Positions 7,245 through 17,247 of a stretch of 48,395 bases of DNA are shown here, in pieces (position 1 is the stretch's first letter; each line of letters begins with the position of its first letter). Below the pieces are notes generated by a model. It did not search any database and was not told the origin of the DNA. It worked only from the letters and a program-made list of their open reading frames with translations. This DNA comes from Actinomycetes bacterium (GTDB lineage: Bacteria > Actinomycetota > Humimicrobiia > JAHJRV01): NCBI GenBank assembly GCA_030640275.1, contig DAOWJR010000033.1, forward strand, positions 1 through 48,395. The letters run 5' to 3'. The position numbers and the translations under genes were made by a program.

Positions 7245-9089
7245 TCAGGATATTGGACATTTTATTATTTCTTGTAACCCACAACTATTGCATCCTGCTA
7301 ACCTGCAATCAGGAGTAATTTGTTCATTTAAAGCTTTTTTATATTCTTTAAATAAAAATTTCCTGTTTTGTCCACTCTCAATTATTTCCCACGGGAATAT
7401 TTCATCTTCTTCTCTATGTCTATTAGCATAAAAAGTTATATCTACATTATCCTTTTTTAAAGCAGTTAACCATTTATCATATGAAAATTGTTCTTTCCAA
7501 CTGTCAAATTTACAACCCATTTTCCAGGCAATTCTTATTGCCTTTGAAAGTCTTCTATCCCCTCTCGCAAAAATTGCTTCTATTTGACTTCTATGCACAT
7601 CGTGTATTTTAATAAATACATTTTTTTTCTTAAGTTTTCTTTTCAGATAATTAATCTTTTTATCTAAAATTTCTAATGAATCCTGACCAACCCATTGAAA
7701 TGGTGTATTAGGTTTTGGACAAAAAGGTGAGATTGTTACATTTATCTTTATCCTGCTGTACTTATCTTTTGGAACCTCTGTTTTTGCAATTATTAATATT
7801 TTGTTTATGATATTAATTATTCCATCCAAATCACTCATCTCTTCAGTAGGAAGTCCGACCATAAAGTAAAGTTTTATTCTTTCCCATCCACTTGATAATG
7901 CTGCCCTGGCACAGTTATAAATATCCTCATCTGTAATATTTTTATTTATAACATCTCTTAATCTTTGAGTCCCAGCTTCAGGGGCAAATGTAAGACCTGT
8001 CCTTCTTTCTTGTGAGATAAGGTCCGCTAATTTTACTGAAAAACTATCACATCTTAAAGATGGTAATGATACAGCGGTGTGGCTACCTTCTAAATTTCGC
8101 TTTAAACTTTTTAATAAATATTCAATTTCAGAATAATCAGTTGAAGAAAGTGATGATAGTGAAACCTCCTCATAACCGGTTTCTTCCAATCCTTGTATAA
8201 TCGAATTCAGTATTGATTGGACATTTCTTTCTCTGACTGGTCTATATATAAAACCTGCCAAACAAAATCTACATCCTTTAGAACAACCCCTCATTATCTC
8301 AACCCAAAATCTATCGTGAATTACTTGCGTATTGGGAATAATCAATTTTAATGACTGACTAAAACTTCCAAAATTTAGAATAATATTCCTTACAGCATTT
8401 TTTGGAAATGAGTCCTTAACTATTATTTTCTTCACACTTCCATCGGTTTTATAGATGAAATCATAAAAGGAGGGTACATAAATCCCATCAATTTTACCCA
8501 TCTCTTTGATAATCTCATTTTTATTAAAACCCTTATTTTTTAACTCGCTTAATTTCTCAAGAATGTCTATTATTACATTTTCACCATCACCTATTACAAA
8601 AAAATCAATAAAGGGGGCAATTGGTTCTGGATTAAAAACACCTGGTCCACCAGCTATTATTATGGGATATTCATTCCCTCTATCCTTATATTCTATCGGT
8701 ATTTTTGCAAGATTTAACATATTTACTATATTTGTGAAACATAGTTCATGTTGAACAAAAAAGCCCAATATATCAAATTCCTTGACTGCAATTCTGCTTT
8801 CTAAAGAAAAAAGAGGGGTATCTGTTTTTCTCATTTGCTCCTCCATATCTAACCAAGGAGCGAATGTTCTCTCAGCAACAAAATCAGGATGATTATTTAT
8901 AACATTGTAAAGAATATGAATAGCCATATTTGACATTCCAATCTCATAAAGGTCGGGAAAGGCTAAAACTATTGATGCTTTACATTTTTTAATATCTTTA
9001 TGAACCGAATTTAATTCCCCACCAACATATTGAGATGGTTTTATAACATTATCAATTAATGGATATATATTTATAGGCTTTAAATCCAT
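7245..9089 (-). CDS. B12-binding-domain radical SAM protein (TIGR03960-like), function unknown
   Basis: 614 aa. CxxxCxxC cluster motif in EIMRGCSKGCRFCLAGFIYRP. The N-terminal Rossmann-like region is typical of class B radical SAM enzymes. The position between rodA and rng is conserved in Clostridia-type gene orders. Confidence 0.8.
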   Translation of the reverse strand: MDLKPINIYPLIDNVIKPSQYVGGELNSVHKDIKKCKASIVLAFPDLYEIGMSNMAIHILYNVINNHPDFVAERTFAPWLDMEEQMRKTDTPLFSLESRIAVKEFDILGFFVQHELCFTNIVNMLNLAKIPIEYKDRGNEYPIIIAGGPGVFNPEPIAPFIDFFVIGDGENVIIDILEKLSELKNKGFNKNEIIKEMGKIDGIYVPSFYDFIYKTDGSVKKIIVKDSFPKNAVRNIILNFGSFSQSLKLIIPNTQVIHDRFWVEIMRGCSKGCRFCLAGFIYRPVRERNVQSILNSIIQGLEETGYEEVSLSSLSSTDYSEIEYLLKSLKRNLEGSHTAVSLPSLRCDSFSVKLADLISQERRTGLTFAPEAGTQRLRDVINKNITDEDIYNCARAALSSGWERIKLYFMVGLPTEEMSDLDGIINIINKILIIAKTEVPKDKYSRIKINVTISPFCPKPNTPFQWVGQDSLEILDKKINYLKRKLKKKNVFIKIHDVHRSQIEAIFARGDRRLSKAIRIAWKMGCKFDSWKEQFSYDKWLTALKKDNVDITFYANRHREEDEIFPWEIIESGQNRKFLFKEYKKALNEQITPDCRLAGCNSCGLQEIIKCPIS

Positions 9090-9130
9090 TTTTTAATTAT
9101 AGACCCCATTTCTCGAGTCAGGCTAATACT

Positions 9131-10270
9131 TTAGATATTATAAAATCTTCGTAGATAAACACTTTCTACTAATCCCAATCCTAAAAATGTGGTGATTAGA
9201 GAACTCCCACCATAACTGATAAGTGGTAGAGTAATTCCAGTTATGGGCATAATTCCTATGGTTACTCCTATATTTATTAATAGATGTAAAGATAGTAGAA
9301 TTGCAATCCCACCACAAAAAAGGGCACCAAATTTATCTTTGGCTACAGTTCCAATTCTTATTACACTAAAGATGAGCAATGTATAAAGAGATATTAGAAT
9401 GACAGCACCTAAAAAGCCCAACTCCTCCCCCAGTACACAGAAAATAAAATCTGTATGAAGCTCGGGAACAAAATGAAGACTTGTTTGAATTCCTTTAAAC
9501 AATCCTTTTCCAGATAGTCCACCAGAACCAACAGTAATTATTGATTGGTTTAATGTATACCCTATACCTAAAGGGTCAATATCTGGATTTATAAATATTA
9601 GTAGCCTATTTAACATGTACTGTTTAACTAATCCCGATTTTATGGCTATTAAAATTGCAAAAAGACCTAAAATAAATATCGAAAAAATATATATCTTTTT
9701 AAGTCCAGCAAGATATAAAATGCCAATTACAACTCCAATATAAATTATAGCTGTGCCTATATCAGGTTGTAATACCAATAGTATTACTGGCATCCCAACA
9801 AGTAATAGAGTTATAATGAGGTCAACAAAATTTACTTCATCCCTTTTTTTTCTAGATAAATATCCAGCAACAGCTATAATAATTCCAATCTTAAAAAATT
9901 CAGATGGCTGCACTTTTAACATTCCCCATCCTATCCAACTCCTCGCTCCGCCAGATACGTGACCAAATATAAAAACTGCTATTAAACCTAATAAATTAAT
10001 TATATAAACAGCCCACCAAAACTTCTCTAACCATATATAATTTAAAAATAGAACCATAAAAAATATTAATAATCCTAATCCCACCCATACTAATTGCTTA
10101 TTAAAAAATGATGAGAAATCTAAATTGAATGAGAACTTAGTTAATCCAATAGCACTATTTATTAGAATTAATCCATAAATAACAAGTAAAATGATAGCAA
10201 AAAATAGTATGAAGTCAAATCCAGTTATTAAATTTTTAATATTAGTTAGTTTTTTATTCTTCGCTTTCAT
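9131..10270 (-). CDS. rodA: Rod-shape-determining SEDS protein RodA (FtsW/RodA/SpoVE family)
   Basis: Polytopic membrane protein containing PDLGTA-like QPDIGTAIIY and a C-terminal GITLPLISYGGSS motif. I moved the start from the track's 10354 to the internal ATG at 10270 (MKAKNKKL...). The longer ORF would overlap mrdA by about 100 nt. Confidence 0.85.
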   Translation of the reverse strand: MKAKNKKLTNIKNLITGFDFILFFAIILLVIYGLILINSAIGLTKFSFNLDFSSFFNKQLVWVGLGLLIFFMVLFLNYIWLEKFWWAVYIINLLGLIAVFIFGHVSGGARSWIGWGMLKVQPSEFFKIGIIIAVAGYLSRKKRDEVNFVDLIITLLLVGMPVILLVLQPDIGTAIIYIGVVIGILYLAGLKKIYIFSIFILGLFAILIAIKSGLVKQYMLNRLLIFINPDIDPLGIGYTLNQSIITVGSGGLSGKGLFKGIQTSLHFVPELHTDFIFCVLGEELGFLGAVILISLYTLLIFSVIRIGTVAKDKFGALFCGGIAILLSLHLLINIGVTIGIMPITGITLPLISYGGSSLITTFLGLGLVESVYLRRFYNI

Positions 10271-12137
10271 AACTGCTCTCAATATTGTATATAAATTCGA
10301 GTAATTCTCTAGCAATTGGAGCTGCGGATTTCCCACCAGAACCCGCTTCTTCAATCATTGATACAATAATATATTCAGGACTTTCAACAGGAGTATAGCA
10401 TGCAAACCATGAAAAATCCTGTTTTCCTGGAACATTACTTGTCCCAGTTTTTCCTGCAACAGAAATTTCATCTAAAGGGAAGCCTTCAAATGCGGATTTT
10501 GCAGTTCCTTCTTTTATAACTAAAATTAATCCCTTTTCTATAATTTCAAAAATTCCTTTTTCTAATGTTTGTTTTTTGTTTATTTTAATAACCTTATTTT
10601 CCACTAATTCTTTTTTTGGTGAAACTATTTTTAAACCAATATGAGGAGTCACCATTTCACCATTATTAGCAATAGTAGAATATAATTGGGCTATTTGAAT
10701 GGGCGAAACTAATATATCCCCTTGACCAATGGCTAAGTTTACACTATCTCCAGGATACCATCTCGCAAGAGTTGGATTATCTTTAAAATATTCACTTTTC
10801 CACTTTTTATTTGAAATTATCCCTTTTGATTCAAAAGGTAAATCAACACCAGTAAGCTCATCTAAACCCAAAATCTTCGAATAATGATAAAAAGCATCAC
10901 CAGATTTTTTACTATTATTATGTAGAGACAGACCTATTTCATAAAAAACAATATTACATGATTCCTGAATACCTTCTATGAGATTGATATCACCATGACC
11001 CCACTTCTTCCAGCAATATCTCTTATGTTCATCTCCGAGTTCTTTCCAAACACCAAGACATTTGTAATTTTTACCATAAGGTTCAACTAAATTTTCACCT
11101 AAACCTGCAGCAGCAGTTACTACCTTGTATATTGACCCTGGTGAATAACTCATCAATGTTCTGTTGTTTAGTGGAAAATTACTTTCTGGATTATTTAAAT
11201 TAGACCAATCCTTTTCTGAAATTCCTCCAATGAAAATATTGGGGTCATAAGTTGGGTATGAAGTGAGTGCTAAAATCTGGTTTGTTTTTGCATCAAGTAT
11301 AATTAATGAACCAGCTGGAGCTTTATAGTACTCATTAGTCTTTTCATCACGCCTTTCTCTAGCTTTCTCTATCCACTTTTTTAAAACCTCTTCAGCCTTT
11401 CTCTGTAAATTAATATCTATTGTTAAATATAAATTATTCCCTGGAATTGGTTTTACTTTACCTAGTTCCCTAACTATATTCCCGGTGGGATCAACTTCCA
11501 CAGTTTTACTACCATTTTGACCTGATAAAAATGGCTCATAATATAGCTCAACTCCTGCTTTTCCAACTACATCACCTGGATGATATCCATATTTAAATTT
11601 TTCCTGTTGTAACTCTTCTAATGTTATCTGACCGACATATCCCAGTATGTGGGAAGATACATCCCCATTTGGATAATTTCTTAACGGGACTGCTTTTACT
11701 ATTACACCTGGAAATTCATCAGAGTGTTCCTTTATAAATGTTGCTAATTCTTTATCTATATCTTCAACTATATCTATATAACCCTTTATATATTCTCTTT
11801 CGTCAGATAATTTTTTTTCTAAATTATGATAAGATTTTCCTAAAACAGGTGCTAATCTTTTTAAAACTTCTGGATTATCATCAATTATTTCTGGATCAAC
11901 ACTTATTACAAGACCCGGTCTATTATAAGACAATATTATTCCATTTCTGTCATAAATAATACCACGAGGGGCTACATCTCTTATTGTTTTGGTTCTAATC
12001 TCCTTCGCTTCCTGTGCATAGCTTTCACCCATTATTACCTGTAGATACCAGAGACGAAGAAGCAGAGTAGTTGAAATAAGAAAAACTATGAAGTATAGGA
12101 GTTTTAGTCTATTAAATATTGAAGTTTCTTTTTTCAA
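10254..12137 (-). CDS. mrdA: Penicillin-binding protein 2 (elongasome transpeptidase)
   Basis: 627 aa. N-terminal TM helix and PBP dimerisation domain. Transpeptidase motifs SPGSIYK (SxxK) and KTGTS (KTG). Flanked by mreD and rodA. Confidence 0.9.
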   Translation of the reverse strand: MKKETSIFNRLKLLYFIVFLISTTLLLRLWYLQVIMGESYAQEAKEIRTKTIRDVAPRGIIYDRNGIILSYNRPGLVISVDPEIIDDNPEVLKRLAPVLGKSYHNLEKKLSDEREYIKGYIDIVEDIDKELATFIKEHSDEFPGVIVKAVPLRNYPNGDVSSHILGYVGQITLEELQQEKFKYGYHPGDVVGKAGVELYYEPFLSGQNGSKTVEVDPTGNIVRELGKVKPIPGNNLYLTIDINLQRKAEEVLKKWIEKARERRDEKTNEYYKAPAGSLIILDAKTNQILALTSYPTYDPNIFIGGISEKDWSNLNNPESNFPLNNRTLMSYSPGSIYKVVTAAAGLGENLVEPYGKNYKCLGVWKELGDEHKRYCWKKWGHGDINLIEGIQESCNIVFYEIGLSLHNNSKKSGDAFYHYSKILGLDELTGVDLPFESKGIISNKKWKSEYFKDNPTLARWYPGDSVNLAIGQGDILVSPIQIAQLYSTIANNGEMVTPHIGLKIVSPKKELVENKVIKINKKQTLEKGIFEIIEKGLILVIKEGTAKSAFEGFPLDEISVAGKTGTSNVPGKQDFSWFACYTPVESPEYIIVSMIEEAGSGGKSAAPIARELLEFIYNIESSYESEE

Positions 12138-12152
12138 AATCTGATGCTCCTA

Positions 12153-12635
12153 TCATTTTAATAATGAACCAATTTTTTTAATTATTGGATGAATAATTAA
12201 CATTACTAAACCATTAATTAAAGGTTGATAGATTATTTTATTTATTAAATTACCCTGTATCACTTCTTTTCCTAAAGAGAAAGATATTATATGTGTTAAA
12301 AATACCCAAATTTCTGTTACTATAATCATTACAATGGTGGGAATAATATAATGTTCTCCAGTAAAAATTCTTTTAACTCTCAAAGATATAAACGCGCTTA
12401 TCATATTGACAAATGCGAACAATCCTAAAATGTGACCGAATAAAAAATCACTACAAATCCCAGCAAAAAAACCGAAAATAATTGCAAAAAATTCACCAAA
12501 TATGAGTGAAGTAGATATAACAATGACCAGAACTAAGTTTAATTGGATACCTCCAACTAATATATAATTTGCTATTGTGCTCTGGATTGCCAAAGTTATA
12601 AGAAGTAAAAAAAGAGAGAAGAAGAATTTTTTCAT
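12153..12635 (-). CDS. mreD: Rod-shape-determining protein MreD
   Basis: 160-aa polytopic membrane protein immediately after mreC. Size and position are typical of MreD. Confidence 0.7.
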   Translation of the reverse strand: MKKFFFSLFLLLITLAIQSTIANYILVGGIQLNLVLVIVISTSLIFGEFFAIIFGFFAGICSDFLFGHILGLFAFVNMISAFISLRVKRIFTGEHYIIPTIVMIIVTEIWVFLTHIISFSLGKEVIQGNLINKIIYQPLINGLVMLIIHPIIKKIGSLLK

Positions 12636-12662
12636 ATACCTTTACTTAAAAATTAAAATTTT

Positions 12663-13514
12663 TTAATCTAATGAGGTAAAATTTGTAATAATAAGAACCT
12701 CTTCTATATTATCAAAATTGCATGCTGGTAAAATTTTAATAGTTTTATATAACTCATAATCTAAATTTTTTATATCAGAGACTCTACCAATCTGAATTCC
12801 CTTAGGGAAAATTCCACCCAATCCCGATGTTATGATAATATCACCAATATCCACCTCTGCCTCCTTTGGAACTAAATCAAATTTTAGAGTATTAGTCCCA
12901 ATTCCCTGAATAATACCGGTTTTCCTGGAATCTTGAACCATAGCAGCAATAGAACTGTTCGGGTCAGTTATTAGTTTCACCTCTGAAAAATTGCGCGAAG
13001 TAGTTATGACCCTTCCTATTAAACCCGATTGACTTATAACAGACATATTTATTTTTATATTATGATTGGTACCTTTATCAATGAAAAAAGAGTGTTTCCA
13101 ACCTGTTTTGGCTTTTCCAATAACTTTCGCTAATTTTATTTCAAATTGCTCATAATAAGAACTTCCCAAAAGTTCTCTAAGTTCCCTGTTCTCTCTTTCT
13201 AATTCTTTTAAATAAATATTTTCTTTTAACAGAGTATTTGTTTTCTCAGTAAGTATTCTATTTTCTTCAAGAATATTTGAAAGTTTATTTATAGTTTTAA
13301 TAGATTTTATAAAAGGATTTATTAGAAATGTCACAGCTTCTTGTAATGGTGAGACTACTTCTAAGATAATTGATTTTCCTATAGGTAGTATATTTTGATA
13401 TTTTAAATTGAAGGAAGCCAATATGATACAGAGAACTATTAAAATACCAAGAATTATTTTATTTTTTCTTCTCGGTAATGAGAGAGCCATAACCTTTTTA
13501 TACACCTCTCTCAT
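12663..13514 (-). CDS. mreC: Rod-shape-determining protein MreC
   Basis: 283 aa. TM helix, then a coiled coil (LKELERENRELRELL), then beta-rich domains (VISQSGLIGRV, ITSGLGGIFPKGIQIGRV). An alternative non-overlapping start is the ATG at 13490 (MALSLPRR...). Confidence 0.85.
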   Translation of the reverse strand: MREVYKKVMALSLPRRKNKIILGILIVLCIILASFNLKYQNILPIGKSIILEVVSPLQEAVTFLINPFIKSIKTINKLSNILEENRILTEKTNTLLKENIYLKELERENRELRELLGSSYYEQFEIKLAKVIGKAKTGWKHSFFIDKGTNHNIKINMSVISQSGLIGRVITTSRNFSEVKLITDPNSSIAAMVQDSRKTGIIQGIGTNTLKFDLVPKEAEVDIGDIIITSGLGGIFPKGIQIGRVSDIKNLDYELYKTIKILPACNFDNIEEVLIITNFTSLD

Positions 13515-14538
13515 ATGATATTAAATTTTTAAAAAGCTCAAAATTTTCAACGCATTTTCCTGCTCCCAGGACAACAGCCTCTAAAGGATTTTCAGTTGTA
13601 AGAACTTCACATTTTGTATGATGTTTCAGTCTATCTGACATTCCTTTAAGAAGAGAGCCACCTCCAACCATCATTATTCCATTATCATAGATGTCTGCAA
13701 TTAATTCAGGTGGGGTTTTATCAAAAGCCTCAACTATAGCATTGATAATTGTATTTAATGTCTCATCTAAAGCATCTCTTACATCTTTACTAGAAAGTAT
13801 TATGCTCTTTGGAAGACCAGTAACTAAATCTCTTCCTCTTGCCTCAACTGTCTCTTCCTCATTTTGAGTAAAAGCTGACCCTATCTCTATTTTTATTGCT
13901 TCAGCAGTAGTTTCTCCTATCAGTAAATTATGGTCTCTTTTAAGCATATTTATTATTGCTTCATCCATCTCATTTCCAGCTACTCTTATGGATTGACTAA
14001 CAACTATTCCACCTAAAGAAATAACTGCTATTTCAGTTGTACCTCCCCCGATATCTACAATCATGTACCCAATTGGCTCACTAACAGGTAATTCAGTTCC
14101 TATTGCTGCTGCCATTGGTTCTTCTAAAATATATACAGCTCTAACTCCAGACTGTTCAGCAGCTTCAATAACTGCTCTTCTCTCAACTCCGGTAATTCCA
14201 GAAGGGACACATATTATCACTCTTGGCCTTGCAAAAAAATTGAATTTATGAACTTTATTAATGAAATAACGTAACATTTTTTGTGTAATATCAAAATCTG
14301 ATATCACTCCGTCCCTCAATGGTTTTATTGCTACTATTGAACTGGGAGTCCTACCAACCATTCTTTTTGCTTCTGAACCTACTGCTAATATATCATTGTT
14401 ATCTCTATTAATTGCAACAACAGATGGTTCCCTTAAAACTATTCCTTTTCCTCTGACATAAACCATTGAATTAACAGTACCCAGGTCTATTCCCATATCT
14501 CTACCAACTAAACCTGTAAAAAAGTCAAATATAGACAT
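13498..14538 (-). CDS. mreB: Actin-like rod-shape protein MreB
   Basis: 346 aa. Motifs DMGIDLGTVNSMVY, VIDIGGGTTEIAVISLGG and IMMVGGGSLLKG. SD AGGAGA. Confidence 0.95.
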   Translation of the reverse strand: MSIFDFFTGLVGRDMGIDLGTVNSMVYVRGKGIVLREPSVVAINRDNNDILAVGSEAKRMVGRTPSSIVAIKPLRDGVISDFDITQKMLRYFINKVHKFNFFARPRVIICVPSGITGVERRAVIEAAEQSGVRAVYILEEPMAAAIGTELPVSEPIGYMIVDIGGGTTEIAVISLGGIVVSQSIRVAGNEMDEAIINMLKRDHNLLIGETTAEAIKIEIGSAFTQNEEETVEARGRDLVTGLPKSIILSSKDVRDALDETLNTIINAIVEAFDKTPPELIADIYDNGIMMVGGGSLLKGMSDRLKHHTKCEVLTTENPLEAVVLGAGKCVENFELFKNLISYERGV

Positions 14539-14593
14539 CTAATATCTCCTTTAAATAAAAAGTAAAATTGTTATGCTAATATTAAATCTTTCA

Positions 14594-14845
14594 CTAATAC
14601 CTTCGTGTCAAGTCCACAACAAGAAATGCAATCAACATTCCAATTATAGCTGCTAAAGTAATCCTAAAATAAAGACTGAGACTCATATCAAATAAATAAA
14701 GATTTAAAGAGAGTGGTTTAAGTCCAACTTTTAAACCCTCATCTAAAATAGGTAACACATCCTTCAATATATGCCCTAAAATTGCTCCAAAAAAAAGACC
14801 TACAAGTAATGTTATAAAAATCCTTCCAGTTCTTCTCGTTCTCAA
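14594..14845 (-). CDS. Small membrane protein, DUF4321-like
   Basis: 83 aa with two hydrophobic helices and a basic N-terminus (MRTRRTGRIFITLLVGLFFGAILG). TTG start with AGGAGG. Members of this family commonly sit just upstream of mreB in Clostridia-like genomes. Confidence 0.5.
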   Translation of the reverse strand: MRTRRTGRIFITLLVGLFFGAILGHILKDVLPILDEGLKVGLKPLSLNLYLFDMSLSLYFRITLAAIIGMLIAFLVVDLTRRY

Positions 14846-14856
14846 ACTTCCTCCTT

Positions 14857-15270
14857 TTATTCTTCTTGAAAAAACAATGATATCTCTCTTTTAGCACTTT
14901 TAATAGAATCTGAACCATGAATAATATTTCTTTCGATATTAAGACCATAGTCTCCTCTTATTGTACCTATCGCAGCCTTTCTTGAATCGGTTGGACCCAT
15001 CATTAATCTGAATGTTGAAATAACATCCTCACCTTCAACTATCATAACAACAACTGAAGCAGATGTTATAAAATTAATCAAATGTCTATAAAACGGTTTT
15101 TTTTTATGTTCCTCATAATGCTTCTCCGCTAATTCTTTAGAGATCCTCATCATCTTCAAATTGGTTATTTTTAGCCCTTTTCTTTCAATACGAGAAATTA
15201 TTTCACCAATTAATTTTTTTTGAATTCCATCTGGTTTTATAATTACAAGTGTTCTTTCTTTAATATCCAT
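14857..15270 (-). CDS. ndk: Nucleoside diphosphate kinase
   Basis: 137 aa. ERTLVIIKPDG, and the active-site NIIHGSDS. Confidence 0.95.
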   Translation of the reverse strand: MDIKERTLVIIKPDGIQKKLIGEIISRIERKGLKITNLKMMRISKELAEKHYEEHKKKPFYRHLINFITSASVVVMIVEGEDVISTFRLMMGPTDSRKAAIGTIRGDYGLNIERNIIHGSDSIKSAKREISLFFQEE

Positions 15271-15282
15271 TTCTCCTCAATT

Positions 15283-15723
15283 CTATAATGGTGTTTTACA
15301 AAACGGACAAATTGACCAGTTTAATTGAAGTGGTTTTCCGCACTTTGGACACGGATTTTTTAATTTCTTACGACAATATGGACAAATATAGAAATCTTTC
15401 TCTACGTTATTCCCGCAAGCTGGACACTTAAGAATCTGCAAATTCATTAATGATTCCTTTGTTTCTATCTCTAATTCCCGTTCCATGACATCTTGAATAT
15501 ACTCAGATGGTCTTAAAATTAAATATATTAAAAGCCCAAAAAAATTAAAGATAAAAACAACCAGAGCCCAGAGTAAACCACTTGTTCCTCTCTGATTCGC
15601 ATCTCTATAGGTCCAATATACAAAACTTAACCAGATAACAACAATGAAATATAAAAAGAGATATATAATAAATTTAAAAAATTCCGATTGGAAAAAAGCC
15701 AATATATCTTGAAAAATCTGCAA
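15283..15723 (-). CDS. Membrane protein with a PLDc_N-type N-terminal domain and a C-terminal double zinc ribbon
   Basis: 146 aa. YRDANQRGTSGLLWALVVFIFNFFGLLIYLILRP resembles the PLD-nuclease N-terminal membrane domain. The C-terminus has four CxxC pairs (CPACG, CPYCR, CPKCG, CPFCK). TTG start with GGGAG. Confidence 0.5.
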   Translation of the reverse strand: MQIFQDILAFFQSEFFKFIIYLFLYFIVVIWLSFVYWTYRDANQRGTSGLLWALVVFIFNFFGLLIYLILRPSEYIQDVMERELEIETKESLMNLQILKCPACGNNVEKDFYICPYCRKKLKNPCPKCGKPLQLNWSICPFCKTPL

Positions 15724-15914
15724 TGTATTGCTCCCTTTTAATAATAATTTTATTTATCAATTAATTAAGAAATACTTATATTGTATTTTTTTGTATTTTT
15801 TATATCTAATTATTTTATTTTCTTGTTACTAAACCTTAAAAATAGGACAGTTTAAAAATTTAATAAATTCTATAATATTTGATTACAATATAGCAAGAAA
15901 AAATTACTTTAAAA

Positions 15915-17225
15915 TTATATATTTAATGCTTTCTTGGCAAGAGGTATATTTGTAAATGACCCACAAATACATATCAGATCATTCTCTTTAGAAAACTTCA
16001 TTGCTAAATCTATGGAATTTGATATGGTTTTTCTTTTAAAAATCTTTGGTGGCCCTCCCTTCATCTCCTTCTTAACCTTTTTTGCTAATATATAAAGTTT
16101 TTCATAAGGATATCTCCTAAATGATTTACTTTCTGTAATTATCAGGTTATCTGTAATTGACCAGATAATCTGTAACATCTTTTTGGCATCTTTGTCGCTA
16201 AGAACAGCAAAAATTAAATGAAGCTTTTCATATTGAAAATTCTCTTTAATTTCAAATACTAATTTTTTTATTGCTCCAGGATTATGAGACCCATCTAAAA
16301 TAATAGTTGGATTTTCCCACACTTTTTCTAATCTTCCTCTAAAATCAACTGGAATTAATGTATTTTTTAATAATTCTGGTTTTATATTCTCCTTTCCTAT
16401 AAAAAGTTCAGTTGCTGCAATTGCCATGGCTGCATTTTCACATTGATATTTTGAAATCTGGTTTATTCTTATTCTCATGAAATTATTATAAATTCCCTTA
16501 ATATCAGCTATTCTATAGTTATTCTTTTTTTGATAATCTTCAATAAAAAAATCCTTATTAATCTGAAACAATCTTGCCCTTTTTTCTTCACACTTTTTAT
16601 TTAGTACTTCTAAAACATCTTTATTAGACGAACCAGTTACTACATATGCTTTATCCTTTATAACCTCAGCTTTTTCTATTGCAATTTTACGAATTGTGTC
16701 ACCAAGATATTTCGTATGTTCTTTTGTAACATTAGTTAATACAACAACTTTAGAATCAGCTAAATTTGTAGCATCCCATCTTCCACCCATTCCAGCTTCT
16801 AATACCACACAATTGCATTTTCTTTCACTAAAATATAAGAAAGCCATTGAAGTTAAAATCTCAAAGTGGGTTACTTTTTTAGAACCTGGAGAATTTTCTA
16901 ATTCATTTGCTATTTTTTTAATCTTCTCATAATAAGAGACAAGATCATTTTCACTGATAAATTCATTATCAATTGCAAATCTCTCAATATATGAAAATAT
17001 GTGAGGAGAGATGTAGCAACCAGTTTTATATCCCAGGTGTGTTAATATAGAGCTAATCATTCTCGTAGTTGATGTTTTCCCATTAGTTCCAACTATATGG
17101 ATAGTAGGATAATCATTCTGAGGATTATTCAGTCTATTACAAATTTCACTTATAGTATCGAGACTGGGATTTGTTCCAAACTTTTCAGTGGCATCCAACT
17201 CTGCCACTACTTGCTTAAAGGTCAA
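15915..17225 (-). CDS. folC: Folylpolyglutamate synthase / dihydrofolate synthase
   Basis: 436 aa. Mur-ligase P-loop VGTNGKTST. FolC-type C-terminal domain. valS-folC adjacency. Confidence 0.85.
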   Translation of the reverse strand: MTFKQVVAELDATEKFGTNPSLDTISEICNRLNNPQNDYPTIHIVGTNGKTSTTRMISSILTHLGYKTGCYISPHIFSYIERFAIDNEFISENDLVSYYEKIKKIANELENSPGSKKVTHFEILTSMAFLYFSERKCNCVVLEAGMGGRWDATNLADSKVVVLTNVTKEHTKYLGDTIRKIAIEKAEVIKDKAYVVTGSSNKDVLEVLNKKCEEKRARLFQINKDFFIEDYQKKNNYRIADIKGIYNNFMRIRINQISKYQCENAAMAIAATELFIGKENIKPELLKNTLIPVDFRGRLEKVWENPTIILDGSHNPGAIKKLVFEIKENFQYEKLHLIFAVLSDKDAKKMLQIIWSITDNLIITESKSFRRYPYEKLYILAKKVKKEMKGGPPKIFKRKTISNSIDLAMKFSKENDLICICGSFTNIPLAKKALNI

Positions 17226-17247
17226 TTTTCATCCTAAAATTAAGAAT

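Noticed and set aside
14739-14948. 69-aa minus-strand ORF overlapping the 3' end of ndk and the 5' end of the DUF4321 gene
   Set aside because: It is out of frame with two better-supported genes that already fill this space. It has no SD and no recognisable domain.
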